Below, one piece after another: positions 38,749 through 52,419 of a DNA stretch of 64,000 bases. The notes beneath the pieces are model-generated. The model made no database searches, was not told where the DNA came from, and worked only from the letters and a program-made list of their open reading frames with translations. Numbering within the stretch: position 1 is the stretch's first letter; each line of letters starts with the position of its first letter. Both the position numbers and the translations under genes were made by a program. Source of the stretch: an uncultured Chloroflexia bacterium (lineage in GTDB: Bacteria > Chloroflexota > Limnocylindria > Limnocylindrales > CSP1-4); contig CAVPPB010000001.1 of NCBI GenBank assembly GCA_963707215.1, forward strand, positions 352,001 to 416,000, given 5' to 3'.

Positions 38749-40071
38749 ATGACCACCCCCGCCCGCCGACGGACCGCTCGCACCACAGCCAGGACCGCCG
38801 CGATCATCGTCCTGGGAGCCGCCCTGGCGACCCTCCTTTCGGCCTGCGGCGGAGGACCCACCCCTCCGCCACCGACGCCCACGCCGACGCCGGTCTCCCT
38901 CCCGTCGCCATCGCCGTCGCCGGTCACGCCCGCCCCTTCTACGAGCCCGGATCCAAGCCCGGGCCGACCTGCGGGCGGCGACCCCATCGGGCTGACGGTG
39001 CGCCTCGAGCCCGTCATCGATGGGCTGGCGGCTCCCGTCGCGGTACGCTCGCCCGGCGACGGCAGCGGTCGACTGTTCGTCGTCGAGCAGCCGGGGCGGA
39101 TCCGGATCGTCCGGGACGGCCGGCTCCTGGAGCGACCGTTCCTCGACATCGAGCGGCTGGTCGGGTCCGGTGGCGAGCGTGGCCTGCTCGGGCTCGCCTT
39201 CCACCCACGGTTCGGCGCGGGCGATGACCGGTTCTTCATCGACTTCACCGATCGCGAGGGCACCACCGTCATCGCCGAGGCCCGTCCGTCCGAGGACCCG
39301 GACGTCGCCGACGGTGCCTCGCTCCGGGTCCTGATGCGGATCGCGCAGCCCTTCGCGAACCACAACGGCGGCGACGTGGCCTTCGGGCCAGATGGCCACC
39401 TCTACGTGGCGCTGGGTGACGGCGGATCGGGTGGGGATCCACTCGGCTCCGGCCAGCGCCTGGACACGCACCTCGGCAAGATCCTGCGCATCGACGTCGA
39501 CCGGACCGAAGGCTCGGCCGCCTATGCCATCCCGCCCGACAACCCCTTCGTCGGTGTCGAGGGAGCCAAGCCGGAGATCTGGGCGCTCGGACTCCGCAAT
39601 CCGTGGCGGATCTCCTTCGACCGGGCCACCGGCGACCTCTGGATCGGGGACGTCGGCCAGGGAGCCATCGAGGAGGTCGACCGGCTCACCGCGGCGACCG
39701 GCGGCGGACGCGGGGCCAACCTGGGCTGGAACCGGATGGAGGGCTCGGCCTGCTTCCCGGGCGGCACCGCCTGCGACCCGGCGGGCCTCGTCCTCCCGCT
39801 GGCCGAGTACGGTCACGATCTCGGCTGCGCTGTGACCGGCGGGTACGTCTACCGCGGATCCGATCACCCGGACCTGGTCGGCGTGTACGTCTACGCGGAC
39901 TACTGCTCGGGACGAGTGTGGGGCGTGTCTTCCGGCGGTCCCGACCGCCAGGATGCCGTGCTGCTGGCAGAGACCGGGGTGACGCTCTCGTCGTTCGGCG
40001 AGGACGATGCCGGCGAGCTGTACGTCACGGATCTGGGCGGTCGGCTGCTTCGGCTCGTGGAGGCCGGCTGA
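38749..40071 (+). CDS. PQQ-dependent sugar dehydrogenase (GSDH family) lipoprotein
   Basis: Lipobox LSAC, ERGLLGLAFHP, NHNGG..FGPDG, GKILRID and GLRNPWR. Confidence 0.92.
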   Translation: MTTPARRRTARTTARTAAIIVLGAALATLLSACGGGPTPPPPTPTPTPVSLPSPSPSPVTPAPSTSPDPSPGRPAGGDPIGLTVRLEPVIDGLAAPVAVRSPGDGSGRLFVVEQPGRIRIVRDGRLLERPFLDIERLVGSGGERGLLGLAFHPRFGAGDDRFFIDFTDREGTTVIAEARPSEDPDVADGASLRVLMRIAQPFANHNGGDVAFGPDGHLYVALGDGGSGGDPLGSGQRLDTHLGKILRIDVDRTEGSAAYAIPPDNPFVGVEGAKPEIWALGLRNPWRISFDRATGDLWIGDVGQGAIEEVDRLTAATGGGRGANLGWNRMEGSACFPGGTACDPAGLVLPLAEYGHDLGCAVTGGYVYRGSDHPDLVGVYVYADYCSGRVWGVSSGGPDRQDAVLLAETGVTLSSFGEDDAGELYVTDLGGRLLRLVEAG

Positions 40072-40073
40072 GG

Positions 40074-40970
40074 TCAGGCCCCGGGCGCGGTCTCCGTGCG
40101 CGGTGCGGCCTCGGCCCCGACCTCGCGCGGCTTCACCGGTCGCAGGTAGAGCGGCAGCACGATCCCGACGTAGGCGACCCAGGCGACCACGGTGACGACC
40201 TCCGGCGTGGAGCTGTAGCCGAACATCGCCCGGAGCATCATCCCCAGCAGGTTCCCGGCATCCTGCGAGTGCGGCAGGATCGCGCTCAGGTCCCATGCGG
40301 TCTGGGTCCCGATCGTGATGATCCCGGCTTCCACGAACTCGTGGACCGCGTACGACACGAGGCCGGCGGCGATGAAGATCAGCAGGACGCCGGTCCAGCG
40401 GAAGAAGCGTGCCAGGTCGATGCGCCGGCTGCCCTGGTAGAACCCGTAGCCGATGGCGACGGCGATACCCAGCCCGACGATCGCCCCCAGCAGGACGGAC
40501 AACGCGCCGGCCTCGCTACCGGCCTGCGCAGCGCTGGCCTGCCCGACCAGGAACAGAGCCGTCTCGATCCCTTCGCGGATGACCGCGATGAAGGCCAGGA
40601 AGGTCAGGCCCCAGAGGCTGCCCTCGGTGAGGGCGCGATCGACGGACGATCGCAGCTCGCCGCTGACGCTGGAGGCCTGGCGCCGCATCCAGAACAGCAT
40701 CCAGGTAACGACGCCGGCGGCCAGGAGCATCGTCAGCCCCTCGAAGATCTGCTCGTACGGCTCCTCGAAGGCGCCCACGGTCGCGAACAGGGCGATACCC
40801 AGGGCGGCGCTGACGACGACCGCCCCGCCCACGCCCAGCCAGATGCGCCCGACATGGCGGCCGTTCCCGGTCCGGGCCAGGTAGGCGAGGATGATGCTGA
40901 CGATCAGGGCGGCTTCGACGCCTTCTCGCAGCCCGGTCAGCAGGCCGGACGTGAACGAGCCGAGCTCCAC
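40074..40970 (-). CDS. FTR1/EfeU family iron permease
   Basis: Two REGxE motifs (LREGVE, IREGIE) and about 7 TM segments. Confidence 0.92.
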   Translation of the reverse strand: MELGSFTSGLLTGLREGVEAALIVSIILAYLARTGNGRHVGRIWLGVGGAVVVSAALGIALFATVGAFEEPYEQIFEGLTMLLAAGVVTWMLFWMRRQASSVSGELRSSVDRALTEGSLWGLTFLAFIAVIREGIETALFLVGQASAAQAGSEAGALSVLLGAIVGLGIAVAIGYGFYQGSRRIDLARFFRWTGVLLIFIAAGLVSYAVHEFVEAGIITIGTQTAWDLSAILPHSQDAGNLLGMMLRAMFGYSSTPEVVTVVAWVAYVGIVLPLYLRPVKPREVGAEAAPRTETAPGA

Positions 40971-41028
40971 CGGTAGCTTCCTCCGCGATGGCGAGGCGGG
41001 ACGCGGCCTCCGGCCGCTCAGTGGCAGC

Positions 41029-41058
41029 ATCGTAGCCCGCCCGTCACTCGGTGGTCAA
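41029..41058 (-). promoter_or_regulatory. Sigma70-type promoter TTGACC-18-TACGAT for the FTR1 gene
   Basis: Hexamers at 41058-41053 and 41034-41029 on the minus strand. Confidence 0.45.
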
Positions 41059-41155
41059 CCATGCTTGAGTCATCTCGACAAGTGACCCTTGGCCCTGCTC
41101 TCGAGATCCCGCCGGCGGGGCGCTTCGGCGGCCCGACGTCGGTACCATTGCCCGC

Positions 41156-41845
41156 ATGGAGCGCCTGGGGATCCCGGTCGAGCGACTCGGAGCGGTCCTC
41201 GTCGTCTTCGGGGCCGTCGGGATCGGCCTCTCGTTCCTGCTCACGGTGGCGCTCGTCGCCGGATCGGTGGCCGCCCTGTCGGTCGACGAGCGGCTGACCG
41301 AGGTCGGCACGGACGTCGCGACCTCGCTCCACGAGGCGTCTGACGCGATCGGCGATGCGGTCATCACCACCGATCGGGCACGAGCCGCGCTGGGCTCCGG
41401 GTCCGATGCGGTCCGCGAGACGTCCGGTACCCTTGCCACGCTGGCGGAGGCGACGGCCGACCTCGCCGGGGCGCTCGATTTCACGATCTTCGGCCAGCAG
41501 CCGCTGGCCGGCGTCGCCGCGACCTTCGACACGTTCACCGGCGACCTGCGGCGGACCTCACAGGAGCTGACGGTCCTCTCCGCCGACCTCGCCGAGCTCG
41601 ACTCCAGCCTGGGCCCGATCGCCGATGACCTGCGCTCCCTGGAGCGGCGCTTCGATGCCCTCGCAGCCCAATTCGAGTCGGGCGAGGTATTCGCCGGCAT
41701 CGGCACCGCCTTCGGCGTGGGCCTGCTCCTCCTCGCCGGGATGGCTGGCTGGCTGCTGGCGGCAGCGGTCGGCGCAACGTGGATCGGCTGGCGCCTTCGT
41801 CAGCCGATCGCCCCTCGAACCATGGACACGCCCGGGCCGGCCTGA
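41156..41845 (+). CDS. Hypothetical membrane protein (two TM segments flanking a helical domain)
   Basis: Good codon bias; TACCAT 7 nt before the ATG. Confidence 0.7.
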   Translation: MERLGIPVERLGAVLVVFGAVGIGLSFLLTVALVAGSVAALSVDERLTEVGTDVATSLHEASDAIGDAVITTDRARAALGSGSDAVRETSGTLATLAEATADLAGALDFTIFGQQPLAGVAATFDTFTGDLRRTSQELTVLSADLAELDSSLGPIADDLRSLERRFDALAAQFESGEVFAGIGTAFGVGLLLLAGMAGWLLAAAVGATWIGWRLRQPIAPRTMDTPGPA

Positions 41846-41905
41846 CGGCCGTGACGCAGACCGGGCTCTGCCGTCATCCGGGCCCGCCCAGGGACCGGGA
41901 CCCGC

Positions 41906-44593
<2,688 letters not shown>

Positions 44594-44625
44594 CCGGACA
44601 GGCTCCTGGGACGGCGGGACGGCGG

Positions 44626-44991
44626 TCAGGCCGGGGCCAGCCGGAGGGTCGTGGGCAGGACCTCGGGGCGGACCATGTCGGGTGTCTCGGCCTCGCTCGC
44701 GTACTTCCGCTCGAGGCCGGCCGACGTCCGGGCGATGGAGTCATCGTCGGGGGCGGGCACGGCCCGACAGGCGATCCGGCGGCCGTCCACGTGGATGGCC
44801 ACGCTCGGATCGGCGAGCGCCTCCCGGTACCAGCGGGCGCGGGCGCCGACGTAGGAACGGATGAAGACATCCGTCCCGTCGACGACGACCCAGATGATGG
44901 TCCGGTGGATCGTGCCGTCGATCGATCGAGTCTCGATCTCGACCTCGGCGGTGTCGGCCAGGGCGGCCAGGTCGGACGTATCGAACTGCAT
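44626..44991 (-). CDS. DUF2255 family protein
   Basis: RTIIWVVVDG..FIRSY.G..ARWYR..KY..TTLRL. Confidence 0.8.
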   Translation of the reverse strand: MQFDTSDLAALADTAEVEIETRSIDGTIHRTIIWVVVDGTDVFIRSYVGARARWYREALADPSVAIHVDGRRIACRAVPAPDDDSIARTSAGLERKYASEAETPDMVRPEVLPTTLRLAPA

Positions 44992-45103
44992 GTCCGCAGG
45001 GTACCGTGGACCGATCGGGGGCGCGCAGGCCCGGTCGGTTGCGATCGCGTTGCGGTCCGCCGCCGGCCAAGACGGTTCCGCGACGGTGCGCTAGCGTAGG
45101 GCC

Positions 45104-45709
45104 ATGCCACCCTACGACCCGGCGACCGCCCTCGTCGTCGTCGACGTCCAGAACGACTTCGCCGAGCCCACCGGCAGCTGGCGGTCAGGGTCGGCCTCGC
45201 GATCGTACCCGTCCTCCACGAGGAGGTCGGCCCGGGCCCAGGCGGCCGGAGCCCTCGTCGTCTACACGCAGGACTGGCATCCGGCAGCACACCACGCACT
45301 TCGCCGGGGACGGCGGTATCTGGCCCGTCCACTGCGTCCAGGGACACCTGGGGCGCGGCGCTGCACCCGAGCTCGCCGTGGTCGGGCCCGTGTGCGCAAG
45401 GGAGCCAATGGCGAGGACGGCTACAGCGGCTTCACGATGCGCGATCCGGTGACCGGCGAGACGCGTCCCGACCGAGCTGGCGCCATCCTCCGCGAGCGCG
45501 CCATCGAGCGCGTCGTCGTGGCCGGGCTGGCGACCGACTACTGCGTCAAGGCGACCGCCCTCGACGCGGTCGAGCTCGGCTTCGACACCGTCGTGCTCCT
45601 CGACGCCGTCGCGGCCGTCGACCTCGAGCAGGGTGACGGCGGCCCGGGCCGAGGAGGCGAGCGTGCGCGAGGCCGGCGTCGAGCCTCCGGCGGGCGGCTG
45701 CCGCGATGA
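45104..45709 (+). CDS. pncA: Nicotinamidase/pyrazinamidase (isochorismatase family), several frameshifts
   Basis: VVDVQNDF, TQDWHP, WPVHCVQG (other frame), RKG..DGYSGF and GLATDYCVKATALD. Confidence 0.82.
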   Translation: MPPYDPATALVVVDVQNDFAEPTGSWRSGSASRSYPSSTRRSARAQAAGALVVYTQDWHPAAHHALRRGRRYLARPLRPGTPGARRCTRARRGRARVRKGANGEDGYSGFTMRDPVTGETRPDRAGAILRERAIERVVVAGLATDYCVKATALDAVELGFDTVVLLDAVAAVDLEQGDGGPGRGGERARGRRRASGGRLPR

Positions 45710-46260
45710 TGGCGGACTTGTGCCGGAGCCTCGTTCGCCTCACGGTGCTCGGCGGCGTCGCGGCCTACGCCACCGACCGCATCCTGGCCGCCAGGCGCGG
45801 CGATGGACCGCCGACGCCGATCCGCCGATGGTCGTCATCGACGCACCGATCGAGCGAGTCTGGGAGGAGCTCGCCGACATCGAAGGCCAGCCCCGCTGGA
45901 TGCGGAGATGAAGGCCGTTCGCGTCCGACCCCCGGCCCGATCGGCGTCGGCACGCGGGGCGAGGCCGACGTCCGGATCCTCGGCATCGGGGTCACCGACC
46001 CGGTGGAGATCGTCGAGTTCGACCCGCCGCGACGTTTCGCCATCCGCCACGACGGCGTGTTCAAGGGCGGCGGGGTGATCGAGCTGACAGGCCGGGCACG
46101 GACGGTCGGTCGACGATCGTGACCTGGGACGAGACGCTCATCCCACCCGGCCTACCCGAACTCGGTGCCGCTGTGCAACGACCGATCCTGGCGAGGGTAT
46201 TCCAGGCCGATCTCGATCGTTCCGCGAGCTCCTGGAGACCCCCGCTCCGAGTCCCGATCC
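45706..46260 (+). CDS. SRPBCC family protein, frameshifted (end approximate)
   Basis: VVIDAPIERVWEELADIE.QPRWM, GVGTR..VEIVEFDPP..HDG.FKG.G and FQADL are spread over different frames. Confidence 0.7.
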
Positions 46261-46315
46261 GGGCAAGACGCGGGACGAGCCGCCGAACCGGCCTGACCGC
46301 CGACCCGACAGCCCG

Positions 46316-47216
46316 GTGGACCTGCACCCTCGTCGACGCCACCTACGAGCTCTTCCGGGCCCACTTCGCGCCCGCGACCGCCGGTCCGCGGTCGTGATGA
46401 CATCGACCTGAGCGGGGTGACCGGCCTCGTCGACCAGGTCCTGTACCTGCTTCGCGATGAGGAGCGCGACGCACCTCGGCTGCGCCACGGACCGGACGAT
46501 CCGCTCGTTCCGCAACGAGCTGTATGCCGGCTACAAGACCGACGCCGGGGTGCCCGCCGGAGCTGCTCGGCCAGTTCCCCGATCGCCGAGGCGGCCATCG
46601 AGTCGCTCGGGGTCGTGCTGTGGCCGATGGTCGAGTTCGAGGCGGACGATGCGATCGCGACCGCGGCGGCCCGTTGGATCGACGAACCGGCGGTCGATCG
46701 CGTCATCATCGCTCGCCGGACAAGGACATGGCCCAGTGCGTCCGCGAGGATCGGGTGGTGCTCTGGGACCGCCGCCGAGCCGGATCGTCTACGACGACGC
46801 GGGCGTCCGCGCCAAGTGGGGCGTCGATCCCGGCTGCGGTCGCTGACCGGCTGGCGCTGGTGGGCGACGCCTCCGATGGCTACCCGGGCATCCCCGGCTG
46901 GGGAGCCAAGAGCGCCTCGGCCGTGCTGGCACGCTATGGCTCGATCGATGCGATCCCGGAGCCCGGGCCAGGGATTGGGACGTGCCGGCGCTGCGTGGCG
47001 TCGCGGCCCTCGCCGCTGCGCTCGCTCACCATCACGACGAGGTCCGCGCTCTACCGGGAGCTGGCACGTCTGCGAACGGACGCTCCACTCCCCCAGCGCG
47101 AACCCGACGAGCTGCACTGGCACGGCATGCCGCGCGCCGCCTGGAAGCGGTTCTGCGACCAGTGGGGCCTCGAACGACTGCGGGACCGTCCGCATCGCTG
47201 GAGCGACCGCGGGTAG
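46316..47216 (+). CDS. 5'-3' exonuclease / flap endonuclease, frameshifted
   Basis: VDATYELFRAHF, SFRNELYAGYK, EFEADDAIA, SPDKDMAQC and LALVGDASDGYPGIPGWGAKSA. Confidence 0.85.
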
Positions 47217-47346
47217 GGCTGCCTCCGGGCTGTGCCGCCAGGGTCATGTCGGACACCCGACACCCGGCCTGTCGCCGGCGGGCTGGACCGATCGACGCGT
47301 TCGCCGAGACTGGACCGATCAAGTCAGCGATCGAGCGGAGGCCACG

Positions 47347-47564
47347 ATGAGCCAGGAGCGTCCCACCAGCGACCTCGAGCCACAGGCACGCGCCGACGAG
47401 GCGGCCGAGGAGCCCGACACCGAGGGGAACTCGATGCTCGTCTACGAGCTCGGGCTGACGACCGAGATGGAGCGCCGCCGGCAGGCCGACCAGGCGTCGC
47501 GGGGCGCTGGCGGTCGGCGGCTCCCGCACACCGCCGCCTGGTCGATCGACTCCGGCGACGGTAG
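47347..47564 (+). CDS. Small hypothetical acidic/basic protein, probable frameshift
   Basis: GGAGG RBS; MSQERPTSD..EPDTEGNSMLVYELG, ending RRLVDRLRRR* in a shifted frame. Confidence 0.45.
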
Positions 47565-47603
47565 CCGCCAAGGGACGAGGTCCTGTGACCTCGGTCCGAT
47601 CGG

Positions 47604-48442
47604 TCAGCCCCTGGCGAGACCCAGCAGCGTCGCGTGGTGGGCGGGCGGTGCGGCGACGAGCCCGAGCTGCCTGGGACTGTGCTCGAGGTCGAACCAGGCG
47701 ACCGCCCGGAAGTCGGTGACGACGGCGCCGGAGCGTTCGGCGATGAGCCCCGCGGCGGCCACGTCCCAGGTCGACAGGCCCGCCTTGCTGGACGAAGGCG
47801 TCGAAGCGGCCGTTCGCGACGTAGGCGAGGGCGAGCGCCGCCGAGCCCATCGAGCGCGGGATGCGTACCGCTCGCCGACGGCTCGCGAGCGGGTGGCGAC
47901 GGCTCGTCCGCCGAGGGCGAGCGAGATCACGAAGTCGGACAGCCGGTCTTTGTCGCTTACCGTGACCGGTGGCCCCACAGCGTCGCTGGACCGTCGACGG
48001 TGGCCGCATAGGTCTCGTCGCGCGTCGGGTCGCGGACGACCCCGACGCGTCGGCCGTCCGTCGATGACGAGGGCGATCGAGACGCAGAAGAACGGGATGC
48101 CGTTCGCGTAGTTGACCGTCCCGTCGAGCGGATCGACGATCCATGTCCGCCCCAGCGACGCCCCACCGCGACGCCGTCGCGACGCTGGTGCTCGCCCGAC
48201 TCCTCGGCCAGGATCGCGTCCCCCGGGAAAGCGGGATCGGATGGCCTCGAGGATGAGAGCTTCCGAAGCATGGTCCGCCTCGGTCACGATGTCGCGCGGT
48301 GACTTGTAATCGATCCGCTCGAGCCACTCGTAGCGATCCATAAGGAGGCCGGCCGGCCGCCTCGGCATCTCGACGGTGAAGACGCAGCTCGGCGCCCAGG
48401 TCCGGGACGCGCCGGGCATCGTCGACCCGGGACGCGGGTCAC
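47604..48442 (-). CDS. Inositol monophosphatase family protein, frameshifted
   Basis: DIVTEAD, ILAEE, WIVDPLDGTVNY, GSAAL and WDVAAAG. Confidence 0.88.
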
Positions 48443-48947
48443 AGGCTCGCGCAGGCGTCGGCCGCGACGCCGTCGGCGACTCCCGAGCTCGGTGATCCGG
48501 GAGAAGGTGATCGTCGCGCCGGCCCCGACCCGGGGTGACTGGAGAAGCGCGGTCTCGGGCCGACGCCCAGCTCGGGTCGTAGACGCGGCAGGTCGTCGAT
48601 GCCGGATCGCGTGCCCGTCGTTGGTGACGGTGACGGTGACGAGAGGCCGGGCGGTCGGAGACGATCGCCGCGAGTCGTGGCCCGGAACGGACCGGCCCCC
48701 GGAGCGCGAAGCCGGCGAGCAGCGCCAGGCCGATCGACGGCGATGCCGACGCCCACGAACACCGTGCCGTGCACCTGCGAGCTGGACGGCTGGGAGAGAC
48801 CGAGCGGATTGCACGGTCGCACATCGCGACGTCGAGCGGGACAGGTGCGCCGCAACGGACGCAGCCGTGCGTCGGCGCGCCAGTCGACGCGGCTCGCGGA
48901 AGCCGCCCGGCGCAGCGGGTGTCGAGAGGTCACGGTGGGTCGCTCAT
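48439..48947 (-). CDS. Hypothetical membrane protein, frameshifted
   Basis: CNPLGLSQPSSSQVHGTVFVGVGIA plus TM segment, then VTVTVTNDG..TTCRVYD in other frames. Confidence 0.45.
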
Positions 48948-49040
48948 CGACGGGATGGTGCCATGGTCGTGGCGAGGACGCTGGCGACCGGGTCCGCGAC
49001 CGGCGGATCCTCCGGGCCGCGGGCCCGCGGCCCGGTCGGC

Positions 49041-49925
49041 TCACCAGCGCTCGGCGGCGGCCAGGAGGGCGTCGATGTCCGCCGGAGTCCGGGCCTGCAT
49101 CACGACCCCGTCGGCGCCACGTGCCCGCCAGGCCGCCAGCGTCTCCAGGGGACGCTCACCCACGGCGAGCCGACGAGAGCGTCGCCAGTGCCCCAGCCCT
49201 CCTGGACCCCGAGCAGGACGACCGTGTCGTCGCGCCGGCGCCCGGCGTCGGCGAGGGCGTCGACGTAGATCGTGACGAGTTCGCTCGAACCGGTCGCTGA
49301 AGCCGGTCCAACCGTCTCCGATCCGGGCCGCCAGGCGAGCTCCGGCCCGGGTCTCGCCGCCGACGACGATCGGCGGCGGAGCGGTCCGGCACCGGATGGG
49401 CGACCGCGTCCCGGAGCGGGTAGAACGGGCTCGGCCGGTCGACCGGGCCGCCGGACCAGAGGGCCCGGATCACCGCCACGGCCTCCTCCAGGCGGGCCAC
49501 GCGCTCGGGCACGTCCGGGAACGGGATCCCGTACGCCTCGTGCTCGTCCGGATGGCCGCCGATCCCGATGCCCAGCACGGCCCGACCCCCCGAAGCCGCC
49601 TGGAGCGTGCCCACCATCCGGGCCAGGACGGCCGGATGCCGGTTCATCACGTTCGTGACGAAGGATCCCACGCTGAGCTCGCGGGTCGTCGCCAGCGGCC
49701 ATCGCCAGCATCGACCAGCACTCGAGGACCGGGGTCGTCGTCGATCGCCACGACCGATGAAGTGGTCCCAGGCCCAGACGCCGGCGTAGCCGGCCTCGTC
49801 GAGACGCCGGGCCGAGTCCAGCCACCAGCCGGCGTCCGCCCCGATGACGCCGATGGCGACCCCGATCGGCAGCCGACCACGCCGCAGGAACGCTCGAGGG
49901 TCGGGTGGGTCGGCGGTCGTTCCAC
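49041..49925 (-). CDS. LLM class flavin-dependent oxidoreductase, frameshifted (start approximate)
   Basis: VWAWDHF, GSFVTNVMNRHPAVLARM, GRAVLGIGIG and RVARLEEAV. Confidence 0.82.
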
Positions 49926-49936
49926 CGGCCGGCGAC

Positions 49937-50785
49937 CTAGAGGCCGGTCTCGAAGAGTCGGACGTCCTCGGGCGCGACGACGTGGCCGTCGCCGCGGCTG
50001 TGGCGGAGCGCTTCGCGCGCCCCGAGCGAGTCGAGGTCGGCCGGGAAGCGCCGGATCATCTCCAGGACCACCTTCTGGACCCGGGCGGCGTTCTGCTGGA
50101 AGACCTCGAGGACGGACTCGGCGTCGACTGCCTCGGTACCCTCGATGACCCCCGCGTCGTAGTCGGTGATGAGGCTGATGTTCACGACCGCCATGCCCAG
50201 CTCCCGACAGAGGTAGGCCTCGGGGTACTGGGTCATGTTGATGACCTCCCAGCCGGCGGCAGAGAACCACGTCGACTCCGCCTTCGTCGAGAACCGGGGC
50301 CCGTTGATGACCACGACCGTGCCGCGCTCGTAGAACGGGATGCCCTGCTCGCGGATGACATCCGCGGCGATCGCCCGGAGGGTGGGGTCGTAGATCTCGG
50401 CGGAGCTGACGTGGCTGACGACCGGGCCGTCGAAGAACGTGTCGTCGCGGCCGCTGGTCCGGTCGACGAACTGGTCGCAGGTGACGAACGATCCAGGCTC
50501 GACGTGGCGCTGGAGCGACCCGGCCGAGCAGGGGCTGATGACCGCCTTGACGCCGAGCGCGCGCATCGCCCAGACGTTCGCCCGGTAGTTGATCCGGTGG
50601 GGCGGGATGCTGTGGCGACGCCCGTGGCGGGGCAGGAAGGCCACCGCGCGCCCGCCGACGTCGGCCAGGAAGACGCTGTCGGACGGCGGGCCGTAGGGCG
50701 TGTCGACCTTGATCTCGCGGACATCGTCGAGGAGCGAGTAGAACCCCGAGCCTCCGAACACCCCGATCTCCGCCCTGTCCGTCAT
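49937..50785 (-). CDS. mtnP: S-methyl-5'-thioadenosine phosphorylase
   Basis: IGVFGGSG, TPYGPPS, LPRHG..H, NYRAN, GPRFSTKAES, INMT.YPEA and ITDYD. Confidence 0.92.
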   Translation of the reverse strand: MTDRAEIGVFGGSGFYSLLDDVREIKVDTPYGPPSDSVFLADVGGRAVAFLPRHGRRHSIPPHRINYRANVWAMRALGVKAVISPCSAGSLQRHVEPGSFVTCDQFVDRTSGRDDTFFDGPVVSHVSSAEIYDPTLRAIAADVIREQGIPFYERGTVVVINGPRFSTKAESTWFSAAGWEVINMTQYPEAYLCRELGMAVVNISLITDYDAGVIEGTEAVDAESVLEVFQQNAARVQKVVLEMIRRFPADLDSLGAREALRHSRGDGHVVAPEDVRLFETGL

Positions 50786-50939
50786 CGACCGACCTCCCTG
50801 CTTCCCATCCGGCGTGGGCCGGGCAATTCTAGGCGTCCGTGACCGGCCTGTCGCCCGTCGGCCGCGGCGCCTCCAAGCGGTCGCCCGACACGAGCCTGGG
50901 CCGGGAGCGCCTCGCCCTCGCCCGTCGTACCATCGCGGC

Positions 50940-51374
50940 ATGCCCGACCCCGTGACGCTCACCGCCGACCAGCGCGCCTTCCTTGGCGACCTCCACTTCG
51001 CCACGCTCGGCACGGTCGCCGAGGACGGATCGCCGCGCCAGGCGGTCGTCTGGTACGGGATCGAGAGGGACGGCTCCATCCTCGTCAACAGCGCGGAGGG
51101 CAGGCGCTGGCCGGCCGACCTGCGGCGCGACCCCCGGGTCAGCGTCGCCATCCCGGATCGGTCGGACGGCTACCGATGGATCGGCATCAAGGGTGTCGTC
51201 GAGGCCATCGTCGACGAACAGGGCGTCGCCCAGGCCGACATCGCGGCGCTCGCCCGCCGCTACCACGAGGACGAACCCGAGAAGGCGGAGCGCCTGATCC
51301 GGGAACGCTTCGAGCGCCAGCACCGGGTCTCGTTCCGGATCCGCCCGCTGGCGATCCACGACCACCTGGACTGA
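50940..51374 (+). CDS. PPOX class probable F420-dependent oxidoreductase
   Basis: FATLGTV..DGSP..VVWY, LRRDPRVSV and ARRY; adjacent to cof genes. Confidence 0.85.
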   Translation: MPDPVTLTADQRAFLGDLHFATLGTVAEDGSPRQAVVWYGIERDGSILVNSAEGRRWPADLRRDPRVSVAIPDRSDGYRWIGIKGVVEAIVDEQGVAQADIAALARRYHEDEPEKAERLIRERFERQHRVSFRIRPLAIHDHLD

Positions 51375-51390
51375 GGGCCCGGGGTCGTCG

Positions 51391-52380
51391 ATGGGCGAAG
51401 CGGGCCGGGCGTCCTCCGGCGCCAACGGGGGCCGGGATCCCGTCGTCCTGCTTGCCGGAGGGGTCGGCGGGGCGCGGCTGGGCCACGGCCTGCAGGCCCA
51501 GCTGGGCGAGGACCTGGTGGTCGTCGTCAACACTGCCGACGATCTGGAGCGCCACGGCCTCGTCATCTGGCCCGACCACGACACCGTCCTCTACACGCTC
51601 GCTGGCCTCGACGACCGCGAACGCGGCTGGGGGCTGCGCGACGAGACGTGGGCGACGATCGACGCTCTCGGCAGGCTGGGCGAGCCGACCTGGTTCCGGC
51701 TGGGAGACCGCGACCTCGCGACCCATCTCGTGCGGACCGAGCTGCTGGGTTCCGGCTGGCGGCCGACCGAGGTGGCCCTCGACCTGCGCCGGCGCTTCGG
51801 CGTCGTCGCCACGATCCTGCCGATGACCGACGATCCCGTCCGGACCGCGGTCCGGACGGACGATGGCTGGCTGCCGTTCCAGGACTACTTCGTCCGGCTC
51901 GGCCAGGCACCCGAGGTCCGCGAGGTCCGTTTCGACGGCGTCGACGCTGCCCGACCGACCCCGGAGGCCCTGCGGGCCATCGCCGCTGCCCGGACCATCC
52001 TCGTCGCCCCCTCGAACCCGTTCGTCTCGATCGGCCCGATCCTCGCCGTCCCGGGCTTGCGAACAGCCGTTGACGACGCCCGAGGGCGGGGGGTCCCGAT
52101 CATCGGCGTCTCGCCGATCGTGGGCGGCCGGGCGATCAAGGGCCCAGCCGACCGGATGCTCGTCTCACTGGGCGGCGAGGCTTCCGCGCTCGGGGTCGCC
52201 CGTCAGCTCCGCGACCTGCTCACGGGCTTCGTCGTCGACGAGGTCGATGCCGAGCAGGTCCCGGCGATCGAAGCGCTCGGCCTCGTGGTGGTGGTCGCCG
52301 ATTCGATCATGCGCGACGATGCCGCCCGGGCCGGGCTGGCGGCGGCCGTCCTGGGCCTGGCCGAGCGGACCCGGGGCTGA
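51391..52380 (+). CDS. cofD: 2-phospho-L-lactate transferase
   Basis: LAGGVGGAR, VNTADD, PDHDTVLY, WFRLGDRD, APSNPFVSIGPI and IKGPAD. Confidence 0.95.
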   Translation: MGEAGRASSGANGGRDPVVLLAGGVGGARLGHGLQAQLGEDLVVVVNTADDLERHGLVIWPDHDTVLYTLAGLDDRERGWGLRDETWATIDALGRLGEPTWFRLGDRDLATHLVRTELLGSGWRPTEVALDLRRRFGVVATILPMTDDPVRTAVRTDDGWLPFQDYFVRLGQAPEVREVRFDGVDAARPTPEALRAIAAARTILVAPSNPFVSIGPILAVPGLRTAVDDARGRGVPIIGVSPIVGGRAIKGPADRMLVSLGGEASALGVARQLRDLLTGFVVDEVDAEQVPAIEALGLVVVVADSIMRDDAARAGLAAAVLGLAERTRG

Positions 52381-52419
52381 GGCCGCCCGGCGGCCGCCGG
52401 GCAGCGGTAGCATCCGGGT

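Noticed and set aside
45104-49925. Programmed frameshifting or a true pseudogene island
   Set aside because: There are multiple scattered indels per gene with no consistent slippery sites and intact motifs, so sequencing error is more parsimonious.
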